From the human T2T-CHM13v2.0 reference genome, Homo sapiens, in assembly GCF_009914755.1 (NCBI RefSeq), contig NC_060928.1: a DNA stretch of 64,000 nt; one strand, given 5' to 3'. Position numbers and translations under genes: made by a program. Numbering within the stretch: the stretch's first letter is position 1; the number at the start of each line of letters is the position of its first letter. This document shows, piece after piece, positions 33,726 through 48,902 of the stretch. The notes beneath the pieces were generated by a model. That model had not been told where the DNA came from and did not search any database. It was given only the letters and a program-made list of their open reading frames with translations.

Positions 33726-33819
33726 CAAATAGATTTTGAATTCAGTGAGAAGTCCTCATATTTTTTCTCTATTTTTGTTAATTCATTATATTTTTTAAGT
33801 TGTGAATTATTTTTCAATT

Positions 33820-34035
33820 TTTTCAATAGAGGTATGATTTGTATAAAATAAAATTTACATAGAAAATGCACAGATGTTAAATGTACACTTTGATGAGCTT
33901 TGACAAATGTGATGTACCACCCCCAATCAAAACAGAGAGCACTTTTTTACCTTAAACGTTTCCCTCAATCTGCTTTGCAGGCTCCATACCCCCAACCCCC
34001 ACCCCCACAATCAGGGAGTCACCTTTCCAATACCT
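33820..34035 (-). mobile_element. Old L1M 3' fragment
   Basis: AAAATGCACAGATGTTAAATGTACA...TGAGCTTTGACAAATG signature. Confidence 0.6.
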
Positions 34036-34439
34036 ATCAGAATTTGGGAACAAGAGGTCACATTTATTTTGAAAAGATGTTGATTCTGATAATTACTATA
34101 TATACTAACACATCCTTATCATATTCCACTCCCTGTCCTCACCCTCCATTCCCAGCCAATAAAGTTTACTGTGAAGGATCTGTGTAGGATTCAAATGACA
34201 TTATTTTTTTCCTTATATGTTTACTTACTCATGATTGAGTACCTTAGACAGGTCAAAACTCTACTAGTCTCTGTAGAAAAAAAAAAAAAAACAGAAAATA
34301 AAAATATACTCTTCCTTCTCTCTAGGTATTGAGATTCTAATATGCAACTTAGAGAAGTAAACTGAAAATTACTGTAGAAATTATATAAATAACTTGTAGT
34401 GACATTTTGAAGGTGCTAGAACTCCTAAAGATTGCATTA

Positions 34440-34830
34440 TAGGAACAGCGTGGCTCACCAAAATACAGTGGCCAGCATAAGCCTCCCTATGTGGTCATGT
34501 GACTGTTTCTAGACAATGAGCTATCAGTAGAAGGAACATGTGACATTTTCAGGCTGGTCCCTAATGACCTCCTAGTTGTATTTCTCCATGATCATTTCCC
34601 TTGTGCCTGGTTGGAAATGAGATCCCTCCCAAATGATGGGTCATTGATGGCAGAATCTCTAAGGTACAGGTCCCCAAAAGATCTCATGAAGGAACGTCAC
34701 TCTCTCAGAAATTGTACTTTCACTTAAGACTGGCTGTTATGTGTGCAGAAAGAAACTTCTGCTATGTATGAAAAATTATTCATATTGAGTTTACTTTTTG
34801 TAACTGTTAGCCTTTCCCAACTAATACCAA
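34440..34830 (+). mobile_element. Old MLT1 LTR remnant
   Basis: GTGGTCATGTGACTG...GTGTGACATTTTCAGG core; ends AACTAATAC. Confidence 0.5.
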
Positions 34831-37800
34831 CAGTGACTATAACTTCTACTTTTTATATAATTTTTTTCTTTTCATCCACTTACAAATGGATAGAAAAAAA
34901 TGTAAATGGTGAAATCTCAGATGGAGAAAAAGCTTGTTGTTTAATTTCCTATAACTACACCTGAGCTGATGAGCCCTTTTGTCGAAAAATGACACAAGAA
35001 AACAAAATGTTCCTATTATAAATTCTCCCATGTCCTTATCCTTACTTAGATTTCATTTTTTGTTTCGCTTGATCAATACAACAGTTCTTTGAGGGGAATA
35101 GTGTTATTCGTATTATTTCAATTGCAGTACAAATGTGGAAATCAAAGTATACACTTGTTATGTGACATGATCAGTCACACTGCCATAAAGGGTGGAACTG
35201 AAACATTAACTTAGAAATGTTTCTAGCACTTAATCTAGAAAAAATGCCCAGAGAAAAGGGCAAATATTCCAAGTATCTGAATTGCCCTTAGAAAACTGAA
35301 AAAGAAGTAGATACATATCCTTCTTTCTGGTTCTAGTTGTTCTTGATTTCCAATTCCTCCTGCTGGCAGGGAACACCGAATGCTGTCAATTAATGTTATT
35401 CTAGTTCTCCCTGCTTTAATACTTAAGAACATTTAGGTAATAACTCAGTTTTTAATGGTAGTAATGCCGTCATATTTTTAGTCTTTCTCCCTAGGTAGCA
35501 TATGGGTTCAAGATGAAGCACACAGTCATTCACATATTCAACAGAGTTGTTAAGCATCTGTAATGGTCAAGGGATGCACTGGTAAGCAAAGCAGGGCCTC
35601 GGGTCATGTCTCTGTCCTTCTACTGCTCATTACACCTAATGGGAAGTGTCCACCTGTACTGGTATGATGGTGTGGACCTGGCCTGTCATGACAGTCATGG
35701 ACTGGTACTGCAGGCTTTGCTCTTCCTCTCTTTTTTGTCTGTTTTGTTCATCAATGTATCACAGCACACCTAGAACAGTGTCTCAGGCATAGTAAGTGCA
35801 CAATAATTACTTATTGAACAAAGGAATGATTACATACTGCCCTTCTACTAAGATGCCACCCAAGGAGAAAACGAGGACAAAGGCATGGGAGAAAAAGCAG
35901 TGAGTGGACTGAGTCAGTGGGGCAGCTGGTCCTCAGTAGCTGTCTCCCATAGAGACACTTTGCTCATTACCATCTCATGTATTTGCCACCCAAAACTCTC
36001 AACAAATACCAAAAGTTTGTAGAGGAAGCTCACAAAATCCACAATGACAGCCTCCGGGCATGAGTTTGCAGAAGAAATACAAATCACAAAGCAGGGACTG
36101 GCAAAACATTTTTCTGGTTAGAATTCATAAAACATTATTAGTTGCATATTTGGGATTTATTACATTGTATGTAACAAGATTTACTGGCAGTTTTGTAGAT
36201 AATTTCGAACCTAAAGCACTGTCTAAAACAAAGGCCTACTTCCAAAGGAAAGGTCTATGCTTCTTATGTCTAGAATATTCTGTGGTTAGCTATTCTAAGC
36301 TGTAGAATGTACCTTTTAATAAAACAGGAATGTACATGGGGTTTTAGAAAGCCTGACTTCATTTAGATAAAAGCATTTTGAAATATAACAGGGCTTATAG
36401 TATCAACCCCTCCCCCATTTCAGCAAGGAATAAAGTCTGAGTTTCTCATAGGCCACACATCCATCCAAAGGCACTGAGGAGCAAGATGTTTCCCAGAGGC
36501 AAACACCTTGGCACCACTTCCTTCCATGTCTGCTCTCCTGTGCCATGAGGGTCAGGGAAACAGAAATTATCATTTTCAAAGTCTTGTTCTGTAATTTATT
36601 CTAGAGATCATTGGCAGTGGGAATAAAAAATATACTAACATCTGATTTTACCCTTCTCAATTTACTCACCCCTAGGGCTTTATACTCCCAACAATTAGCT
36701 AAGTTATCATTCTATTCTGTGGCAAGGGGCCTTTCTTATTCACTATGCTGTTTTCTTCCTGCATTTCACTTTGATTTACAGTAAAATTCCATCCTCACCA
36801 TTCCAACCCTTAATACATAAAGATAAGTGTTTTACATTAAAAAAATGATTTCCTCCCTCAATAAGCCACGTTTTCTACACTAGTTTCTTTCTAGGCACTT
36901 GAAAACATTTAATTTAAAACTTAGACAAAAAAGAAATGACCCTTTGTTCTTGATTGCATGAATTTACCTTCTCATTAAACCAATGAATCATGGGAGCAAG
37001 GTTTATTGAGAACAAAATGTATTAGCTTTATATATCAAAATTATGATCCCTATCATATCAATAACAAAGAAAAGACATAAGAAAAAAATATAAAATCTAG
37101 GTGGTTATATGACGAACTCTATACATGTGAAAATTTGGAGAGGAGTGCTATAAAATGTGGACAGTAGCATGAATTATCAAGGAAGAATACCATTAAATAA
37201 ATAAATTGAAGAGATAAAATCAGAGAAAGCAAACAAGAATTAGGAGCATCTTGCAGAAGTCATAAAAGGAAATAGAAATCTATTATTTTAAAGTGCCAGA
37301 GTAGGATGTGTTATTGCAATTTTAAAAGTCAGAAAGTGTGTAAATTTTGGTAGCAATTTTTGTGATGCTAGCTCCTCATAAAATGTGTTTAACAGTGCTA
37401 CAAGTTGTATATGCTAGCATATAATAAAAATATAATAAATTAATAAGGAATATACACTACCACTTCTACATCTATTATATAGTGTCTACCTATTTAATTA
37501 TTTTTTGGGGTTAGATTATATTAAAGGTCCCCATTTTTTCTGGTAGTAAGAGTGTATATACTTGACTATGACCTCAATTACACAGATAAAGAATGAAACC
37601 ACAATTTAGGCAATACAATATTTTCAATTTCCGTGTAAATATCATTTAATTATCTCAGAAACAGTGACTAGGTTTATTCTAGGAACTTAACTGAACCAGA
37701 TGATACTTCAGTGGCCCAAATAGCCTAATTTATCAAATTAAAACTTCATTTTATGTAGCATACAGTATTATTGCTATCATTCACAGAGAAATCCTAATAT

Positions 37801-37962
37801 TATAAATGATTACAATCAGTATGGCATCTTACACTTTCACAACCTAAAACAGCTTATAAATGTAAAGGTGGCTTTACTTTGGGCATTCAACCTGCAATTA
37901 AGGAATTTAAATGTGCTGTTCTTTTGAAATGCCTGCACTATTTTTATTCTTCTTTAAACTGA

Positions 37963-39300
<1,338 letters not shown>

Positions 39301-39306
39301 TAATTT

Positions 39307-39670
39307 TTGAAGTCACTGAAGAAGTTACATTTATGAAAATCAGCTTAGTTTTTTTGTTTCGTTCTTGTGATGATACATTATCCAGATATACTGAAATGGA
39401 ACAGAAATGTCAAAACATGTAAGACAGTCTTGGGACAGTTCTATTAGTTTCTGCCATGTTGAAAGCTGCCCTGTCAGACAATGCATTTTTCACCCATACA
39501 AGTAATCCAGTAAAATATTGCTTATTTTTAAAATAGATCTACAATCTTTAAATTTTAAAGTGTCAATGTTTCAAATTGATCTTTGAATATTTTCTGATCA
39601 CCAGTATCAAAAGAATGAAACAAGAAAACTAAGCTGAATTTCATAAATGCGACTTCTTCAGTGACTTCAA
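39307..39670. repeat. 65-bp inverted repeat pair (39307-39371 / 39606-39670) with 234-bp spacer
   Basis: Hand alignment: 59 of 65 identical in reverse complement, no gaps. Confidence 0.9.
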
Positions 39671-40346
39671 TAAGACAATAACTTAATAACTCACTCATCT
39701 TTACCTTAATAGTTATCTATTGGTAAGTGGCAAGTTTAAATATTTGTGACAGAAAGAACAATAATTTAAATGATTAACAATGTTATAAGCCCCATCTGCT
39801 AAGATCAATAAGTAAATCAATGAGCAATTAATAACAATGTTAATAACTTACAAGAATTTGAAGAAAGCTAATTCTCATCTTTCTATAAACAAGCATTTAA
39901 GGAGGATTTGTTAAGCAATAGATTCAGTTTTGAGTTACATTTTTTGAAGATAATTTCCTTAATATATGATTATCATTGAAGAACATTTCAAATAATCCAG
40001 TAGAACTAAAGGGATTAAAAATAATAAGTGGAGGAAAGAATGTTTAAGTGCTTTTTTGTTGTTTCAATCTGAGGAAGGGTAGGGTATCAAAAAAGAGGTG
40101 ATACAAACTTGATGAGAGATTAGGTTGCTATGATAGCATCAGACATCCCAGCTTTCACTAAAAGGATGTTACTTGGTGAAAGGAACAGAAGCAAAAAGCT
40201 GAAATCTTGCACTTATATTCTCTTAATCTGTGGACATGGGAAGCAATAATAAATGGAGAAGGCTGGAGAAACAAGGGAATTTGAGACATGAAATTCTTGG
40301 AATATGGACAATATACAAAAGTTTTGTGTTGAATGAAATATTGCAT

Positions 40347-40356
40347 TTTATTTATT
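40347..40356 (-). terminator. Candidate distal poly(A) signals of PCDH18 (overlapping AATAAA x2)
   Basis: TTTATTTATT on the + strand, ~2.1 kb beyond the stop codon; a proximal AATAAA also lies at 41661-41666. Confidence 0.55.
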
Positions 40357-42432
40357 TCACATTATTCAAAATAGCGGTTTTCAGCATAGCTTCCCATATT
40401 ACTGCTGGTGCTTTAAATTAAGAACAGTGAGGATATAAAAGTCTTTTTCTTAATGGTAATATATACTGAAAGGAAGTGAAGTTGAAAGGCAGAATGCATT
40501 TAAATATGGTTAGCGTTTGTGTGTGTAATCTACTGAAAAATATACTGAAATTTCACTTGTAATTGCAATCTCTCCTATAAAGGAAAATGTGCCTGTTGAA
40601 AGAGGTAATATATTCTATTTAATGTGGTACTCATTTGAGAATTCAAATATCTGAATTTTAGTCACTTTTCAGTTACTTAACTTTCCCAGTGTTTCAATTC
40701 CTGACTAGCAAGCCAGGGACGATAATATTCTTGCCTCCTGGAAACATTGTAAGGATACCTTTTTATCCTGCACAATTTAATACAAAATGTCCTAAGAAAG
40801 TATTTTTTTTTGTTGTAATTTGAAAAATATTCAAGCAATTATTGCTTGCTTACTCTTTTTTCTTTATTCCCCAAATGCATTTAACTTATTTAGCTGGAAT
40901 ATGGCTTACTACTTTCATTCCCATTACAAGTCTCAAACTCATTCCTTTTCCATTGTGTTTTTCTTGTTCGCCCAGCCAACTGAATGCTGCCTGTTTATTA
41001 TTTGAAACTCAACACTGAATCACCCGCTCAGGAAGGGCCTGCTGCATGCCAAGCTTTTGAACAAATATGTAGGAACAGGACTCTGACTTATAGACAGTTC
41101 CTTAGCTTTACTTTAATTTTTCTTTTATTTTCACTGACAGAAAAATTTTCTGGAGAGTACAATCAAGATAGTGTATTATTAGAAATAACATTAATAGAAG
41201 CTTGGTCAGAAATGATAATAGTCATAATAAGCATCTCTCTCACCAAGGCATTCCACACAGAGAGATCACAGCACAATAAATAAAGGATTTCTCATTTGCC
41301 ACACAACAAATAAAACAATTGCAGTAACAAAAATATGATTTTATAAATGTTCTTATACTAAAAATAAAAGCAAAAATATGAGATCATGCACTGGAGACAA
41401 AAGCTAAAAATGAATAGTTATAACAAAGAAAGACAATATTCCAAAAGATTAAAATGTTCAAGTATTGTGAGAGGAAAGGGGAGATTCAAAATAGAATGGG
41501 TTCAGAATAAGTCAATTATATTTACTACCTTAGGAGAGACACTGACACAACTGTTTTTATCCAGTAATATTTTATGCCATTAGAACACATACTGTTATCC
41601 ATTTAAAGGACAGATTCCATTTCCTTGGAGCATGTTTCATACTACAAGGATGGAATAAAATTTATTGTTTACCATAATTATAAGTAGATAATAATATTGT
41701 GAGAGAAATATTCTCCGGAACAGGCCAGTGTGATGGCCTGGAATAGTAGGGGCCTGGGAGTCAGGAAACATTGACTTTAATTCTGTTTTCATCATTGTCT
41801 ATAAAAAGTTCATTTGAGATAGTCATCTAATAAATAACCTTCAAGATATTTCTCAGTCCTGAAATAAACTTTCACTTTATCTTTCGATTTTCCTATAAGA
41901 GTTCAACTATTGGGGCTAGTAGAAAGTAGAGAAAATAACAATAAAATAGCTTAACAATTTTAATGATTCTTAATTTCTAAAAAGTTATTGAAAAAAAGTG
42001 GGATCACTTAATGGAATTAAGAATTGTATAATGCTTCAGTGGGGTTGTTCATACAACATAATAATTCTTCCCCAACAAAACTAATCTAAGCAGTGCCTTT
42101 ACACTTTGTGGTTGAATAGTGTATCAGATTTGAACAGTGGCTAGTTTCTACACGACTAGGAAAAACATGTCTGTCATGGGAGTAAAAAAATAAAATTTGT
42201 TTGTTAAATTACACATAAATATAAGGTACAAATGTATTTTTAAAATACAGATTAAAATAATCACACTTGCATTGTGTACATACGAAAATACAGTATTTAA
42301 TATTCAATATACACAGACACATTTATGATAAATGCAACTATTTGGCAATGCCAGTTCTTTCAGGGTTTTTTGTTGTTGTTGTTGTTCCCTATTTCCATAT
42401 ACATGGAAACAAAAATGCTTCGCTAAAATCTC

Positions 42433-43100
42433 CTAGCTCTGGCGGACATCTTGAAGCAGTTTGTTAATCTCTGCCACCAGTTCACTGGCATCCATGAGTT
42501 CGTGTTTCCCATCATTGAGGTGGTTGAGCACATTGTCAAAATCATCTTCCTCATAATTTTCAGGGATCTCCTCCATGGCTGGCAGCCATTTTGAAGAAGG
42601 CTGCACACTGGAGTGAGTTCCAAGTGGCGGCCCACAGTTGGTGGTGGGATTTTGAAAATGCGTACTGGCTGCCCATGCCGCTACCCCCTGTGGGTAACCC
42701 ACAGTTTTGGCTGGCAAGGGTCCCTTCCTGCGCTCCAGGGAGTTGGACCGATCCACCTCACTGCATTCAGAATAGGTGTCCAGGGAAGGCGGTAAGAGAC
42801 GCTGGAACACACTGCTCATTTCCGAGAGCAGAGATGATGTGCTGGTATCCCCAGTGTCCTCATCGTTTGGGGAGTCCTTTCCAAAGGTGGAAAAACTCTT
42901 CTTCTTTTCACCGGAATCTGCAGGCTGAGCGTCATCCTCAAGACTCTGATGTGGATGCTGCTGCTGGGGTTGCGTTGGGAATTCTTCCCCTGGAATGAAC
43001 ATGTTACTCCTATAATCAGAAGACGGTGAGGGCAGTGGTGGCATCCAGCACTGGTCAGAGTGTCCCAGGACCCTGCACTCCTCCGTGCAGAGTCTCATAG
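42433..43100 (-). CDS. PCDH18: Protocadherin-18 exon 4, coding part (cytoplasmic tail: CM2, WIRS, NPTT motif)
   Basis: Acceptor TTTTTCTTGAGTGCAG| in phase 1; CTEECRVLGHSDQCWMP, KSFSTFGK, FQNPTT, ends LLQDVRQS*. Confidence 0.96.
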
Positions 43101-45699
43101 CTGCACTCAAGAAAAACAGTGGGGATTCATTATTATACTTAGCACGATTCAAAATGATGCAAAAATGCAATTTTATAATAAAAATAGAATGAGACAATTT
43201 TAAACTATTTCCATGATGCCAACCTATTATTATACACAAAAGCTGGACTACAATTATGGCTTTAATTTGAACACTGGTTTTATAGACCTCCATAAGTGTT
43301 ATCTTCTGGTGTGCTTTTTTTTCCTTATTGATCAGGTAAGAATATTCTGCTACTTGAATAATGATAAGATGGGTTGATAAAGTATACGTGGGAAGAACTA
43401 GGTGTGAGTGATGAAATAAGTGCTGAACATAAATTCTAAAGAACAGACTTGTAAGGTGAAACCTATAACTTTAGAATGCCACCCATTAATTCTTGTGTAA
43501 TACATACCTTTGTGTAACTTTCTCAATATTACTTTAGTTTTAATGGAAGCAATGAGAATATAATAAGCTATAAGGTAATTATACTTATTAATCTCTCTTA
43601 AAGATATTACAAATTATTTATTGACTTGTTACTTAACACAGCAGTGAAAAGTATCCTCAGCTACTGGATGGCCATCTGCAATTACCCTGTTAAGAAGTTT
43701 TCTTTTAAAGATTCAAAATATATTTATATTCAAATATGTGAAAAATGTCATCAAAAGATGAAGAATATGAAAAATCCATTCCTTAGGTCTTACAGATGTT
43801 CTAATGCTCTTATGGGAATATGAGTGGCCACAGTCATAGGAAAAAAAATAGATGATATGAGAAAAGCAGGAAAATAAAGAGGAAAAAACCCCTCTACATT
43901 TGGCAAATACAATAACTAAGCTGCATGACAAGGAAATGAAAAGATGTAAAATACACTCTACAAACCATTGACTTATTTCAGTGAGAAATAAGGCTGTTCA
44001 GTATTATGATTTCATTTTAGAGCAAAGAGCAGAATGCAGAAAATGCAAAATAATTCTCTTAGATTTAAAAGAACATTAGGTTGTTACTAGCTATACTTAT
44101 ATATTAAGAGCTAATTTTGTAGATCCATCTACTTTAGGAAGATTCCTCTTCCTCCCAAATTATTGCTAAAAAGGTGACTCTTGAAGGATGCCCATTCCCT
44201 TATTAGAGGAAACAAGTTGTCTATTGCAGTTACTGCGGTGTCACTAGCAACTGGTAAAGTGCCTGCATACAGTAGGTATTCACTACATGTTTTCTAAATA
44301 AAACATGGAGAAAATAATGTTGACTTTCTGAAAAAAAAGAAGTAATGGTCTTTGATTGAAGGCGTAGAAATTGCTGCTTTTCTCTGCTTGAATCTTTGAG
44401 ATAATTCTGTTCTTAAACTGCAAGAGTCCCAAATATGGACCTCAAGTTTTAATGAAAAGGAGGATAATTTGAGGAATAAAATGAGATCAAGTATTATGAG
44501 TGAGAAAAAAGCTGAATCACTAGAAAACTAGAAATACAATGAAGCAGAAAAAAAGTGGAGAAAGTGTCAACACCAATTCCATGTGAATCAAGGTGGGGAA
44601 AGAGAAAGAGCGTAAGCATGAAGAAAAATTGTGCAATTTGTTATGAAAGGTTACATTTAAATAAGCAAGAATGATTTAAGAATAAAAGCTTTTTTAGATT
44701 TCCTGACTTCATGCAGTATTACTACTTGGAAATGTTTACCAACTTTTTTTTTTTTAATTTGATGTGGATGAAACAAAAGGGGTTGAAAGTAATTGGAATA
44801 ACTTAATAGCAATGAGGTTTTCTCAGCAGCAAAATAACAATCATAGTGGTAATGATTTTTTTTTTCCTTCTTAATTCCGCAGGTCTCTGAAAATGGAACT
44901 TAGACCTGTCTCTATTGTCTTACTCATATCCTGTCAGAAGGAAGAAGAACAGACCTGCTGACACCTCTTCATTTATTTCATTTAACTCTGTAGTTTTAGG
45001 CTTGGGAAGGACTTAGTTGTTTGATTCACTTTAGTTTAATGCTTAATGATTGGAGGGAAAGGAAAGGCTTGTAAGAATACTGAAAATGACCTAGTTTTCT
45101 AAAGACCTAAATATAATAAACATATAACCAACAATACAATGCAAAAATACAATCTAGGTAACTAATGCAATCTGAAAGTTCATGCTCAAAAATAAGTTTG
45201 GTCATAGAAATTTTTTAAACAGTGAATGTTATTTGCAACTTCATCCCAATAAATAAGTGAAGCTTTAATTATAAAATAATAAATTAACTTAAAAATGAAA
45301 AGTAATAAGAAAAATTGATGAGAAAAGACTAATGGAGGGAAGGATGGCAAAAATAAGAGAAATGGAAGAGTAACGGTGCAGAAGAGGGCATTTCTTGCAA
45401 CCTCATTGATATTGTCAACCTTGTCCCCAGGGACTTGACTGAAAACATTCTCAATCTGTAAGTAATTCAGTGCCACAAATGTTCCATACTATATCCCAGT
45501 TAGCAGGGCTTGTTGACAAGTGGTGCAAGTGGCTAATCTTTCTGTTGCTCCTTGAAAGCTCTTATAGGTAGTTAAGTGTCCTCTGGGGAGGGGGACCATG
45601 GTGAAAGGAGAGTATCTTCTTCACCACTATAAGACTATGAATTTTGTCACTGCACTGCACCTTATTGGTGGGACAGGCAGCAGATATATAAGAAGAAAT

Positions 45700-46420
45700 A
45701 CGTATGCCTTGCTTCTGTCAAGTCATCAGGTGATCAATCAGTTATCCGTTATGAGTCTGCTGCATGTGAAGTGCAACAATAGCACCCTGCCCTCAAAAGT
45801 TGTAAAAAGATATAGCTCTAAGTAAAGTGTAGCAAGTGACATCGTAAACACAGGTAAAGTGTCAAACTAGATGATGCTAAGGGCATGTCAAGAAAGGAAA
45901 AAAGAGTGGAGGTGGAAGCTGAAATAGTTAAAGAAAGAGCCACCTAAAACAAACTTTGAAAGATGAATAGGATTCAGTTACACAAAGTGATGAGAAGCCA
46001 GCTTTTCAGGTAGGAAGGACACCATGAGCAAAGCATCAGTGTATTAAGTGAGGAGATGCTTCTAGCTATAACAAAAGATACAAAGATGGCAACATATGAG
46101 AGTTAATAAGCTAAGAGGGGATTCCATTGCCCTTTGAATGCCAAGATAAATAGTTTAGTTCAATGTTGCTGGGCAACAAGAGTTAAGTATTGATTTTGAG
46201 CCAAAAAATGTGGATTAAAATGTTCTCAAAATGTTGTTCAAGCTGTATGAAAGAAAGATTTGACAAAGGGAGGAGCTACTAGACAGTGAATATCAGTTTG
46301 CACACTGACACACTAAACCTGTCATGGAAGAAAGGCCAGAACAGATGGGCTTTCGTGGATACCTGCCATGAGAAAGGAGAGAACATAGAATTTAAAAAGA
46401 ATATTTAAAGTAAGTAATCA
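45700..46420 (-). mobile_element. Degraded L2 fragment in intron 3
   Basis: TTGAAAGATGAATAGGATTC...GGAAGGACACCATGAGCAAAG...CCTTTGAATGCCAAG L2-like motifs. Confidence 0.5.
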
Positions 46421-48259
46421 GAGACGACAGACTGATGAAAAGTGGATTGGACTCAATCAAGAAAAATGAGCGTCACAAGAAACAAAATCAAACGGCTGTA
46501 TAAATCATCCTGGTGAAGTGAATGCAATGGAAAATGGGGATTTTTGCAGGCATATGCTTAGTGTTATAGTTCAAAGTTGAATGAGTAAGAAAGTATGTTG
46601 GCAAACATGAGCCAACAGACAAAAAAATGCATACCAATTTGACTGCTCAAAATGCAGGATATTTGTGTGGGAATTAATAGCATGAATGACCAGAAATGAC
46701 CCTGTTGGCAGGCAATGCAACATAACATAATCTATATTTGTTCAAAGTCTAAGGCAGAAAAACAGTTGGAACAAGACACTTTAGTCCTAGAAATATAAAT
46801 GCTATGGAAACTGTGCTGATCTCTTTTAATGGCATTCAGATGTGGACTTACATTTTTCTCTACTTGGGATATTTTCTGGGAATATAAATTTACAAAACAC
46901 AAGTTTTACACCCTATTATGCCTCCAGAAGTTGCTGGGGTAAATAATAAATTGGAATATGTGTCATCAAAATTATACTCATAAATAAGGGATAGTTATCT
47001 TTGTATAGATACACAGTATGCATATTGCAGTCTACAGTAGCCAAACATGAATATACTTTGCGGACCATTGGTGACTTCCTGGTGCTCGATACCTCCAGGA
47101 TAGCTTTGACCACACCTCAGATGGAGGCAGGTACCTAGTAAGGCAGAATTGTATCTACTATAATGTATTTTGTTGTAACACAATGTTATGCACAAGCAAA
47201 ATAACTCTCCAGCCACACCCATGGTTAAGTGTGATTGTGCAAATATGAGATTTTTTTTTAAAAATTGTCTCATGTTAAGTGGAATTATTAATGATGATAT
47301 AAAGGTGAACTCCTAATTTTGAAAAGAAATGTGATACTGATGAAGCTTAACGTCACTCACTAAACACAATTCAGTTTTCTACAGTTTATCTATGTCTACC
47401 TATTGTTTCGCCAGTGTCTTTATTCCTTAACATCTATTATTATTATTGTAATTATTATTATTATTATTTACTCCAAGTGCTAGAAAACTTTCTTGCCACA
47501 AACTTACGTGGAGGTGGCAACTTAGAAAATATAAGAAAAAGTAAAAGAACTTTGACCTAAAAAAAACTTTATAATTAGCTATTAGATTTCTACAATTTCA
47601 GAATTAAAAGGGACTTTAGGATCATTTAATCCCCAAAATACCAAGGTTATGTAATTAGAGCAGCTATTCAGTTAAGTATGCTGATAAATTTAAATTTCAA
47701 TGAATAAACATTATACAAATCTAAAAATATATAATACAATATTGATGTCATGCCCACTATGTTACTTTTCTGTTTAATGAAATGAAATTACATTATTTAA
47801 AATCAAGGATTAATACTCAAAATTAGGGTTCTGTCAGGATCACAGAATTGTAGTTTAGCCAACTCCTTTATTACACAAGTACGAATAAGAAAACTGATTC
47901 TCTTTGAGCAAAGTGTCTGATTCTAAATATATTCCACTAAATTTTCAGAGATTTCTCTTCAAATTGGTCAAGAAAGTCTATGCATTAAAAACAAAAACAA
48001 AAAACAGACACCATGACTGTGCAAACAGGCTCTCAGGTACACGGCATGCCTTATTGTCTCTCGAAGTCCCCCCCATACGTTCATCCTGTGAGATATATTA
48101 TAGCATCTATTACTGTGATAACAGAATTAAATAATCAACATTTAATAGTTATGGGGTATGTCATAAGTCTTTAGAACATAAGAACAATGAGGACACTCTA
48201 CTTAAAAACAATTACTACCACAACAAAAACCTGTTACTTCACATACTTGATAGATTAGT

Positions 48260-48520
48260 GTTTAAGAGTGCAGGGATTGGTCCAAATCTCACTCTCCCAT
48301 GTACAAACTGCCTGATTTGAGATGCATTTTCTAACCTTTATAACTTTCAGTTTCCAAATCTTAAAAAAAAAAAAAAAAAAAAAATAGAAGCCTGTTACTA
48401 CTGTCACTACTACTAATTCCTGCCAAAGCCTTAGGAGAGGCAGTGCAGGTATCAAACTCTGCATGAGCCTGGAGTAAACCTGGGGGCATAGTTGGTAACT
48501 ACTATTGCTACTACTATTCC
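48260..48520 (+). mobile_element. MIR fragment with an A22 run
   Basis: TTTCAGTTTCCAAATCTTAAAA core; CCTGGGGGCATAGTTGGTAACT end. Confidence 0.5.
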
Positions 48521-48587
48521 TAATATTAATACCGCTCTGGCTACTGCCATCACTACTTCACTTATGAGTGCTCGAGTTTCTATTCAC

Positions 48588-48902
48588 AGTGGTCCTTTGG
48601 TATCCAAAGGGGATTGGTCCAGGCCCCCTGTGGATATCAAAATTGGGTTGCTTATATAAAGTGGTATGGCAGTTATATACAGCCTACGCACATCCTCCCA
48701 AATACTTTAAATCTTCTCTAGGTTACTAAAAATACCTAATAAATGTAAATGCTATGTAAATAGTTGTTATACTGTATTGTTTTTTATTTGTATTGTTTTT
48801 TATTGTTGTATTGCTATTTTTTATTGTTTAATCCAAATACTTTCAATTAACAGTTGGTTGAATCTATGGATGTGGAACCTGCTGATACGGAATGTCAGCT
48901 AT
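48588..48902. mobile_element. MER2 (Tigger-family DNA transposon MITE)
   Basis: CAGTGGTCCTTTGGTATCC...GGGGATTGG; AATGTAAATGCTATGTAAATAGTTGTTATACTGTATTG; GTTGGTTGAATCTATGGATGTGGAACC. Confidence 0.8.

Noticed and set aside
35683-35694. Perfect 12-bp palindrome CTGTCATGACAG
   Set aside because: Several 12-bp palindromes are expected by chance in 64 kb; no supporting context
43101-43293. In-frame N-terminal extension of the exon 4 ORF (286 aa in the ORF track)
   Set aside because: Lies upstream of a good splice acceptor at 43101-43102; intronic frame open by chance
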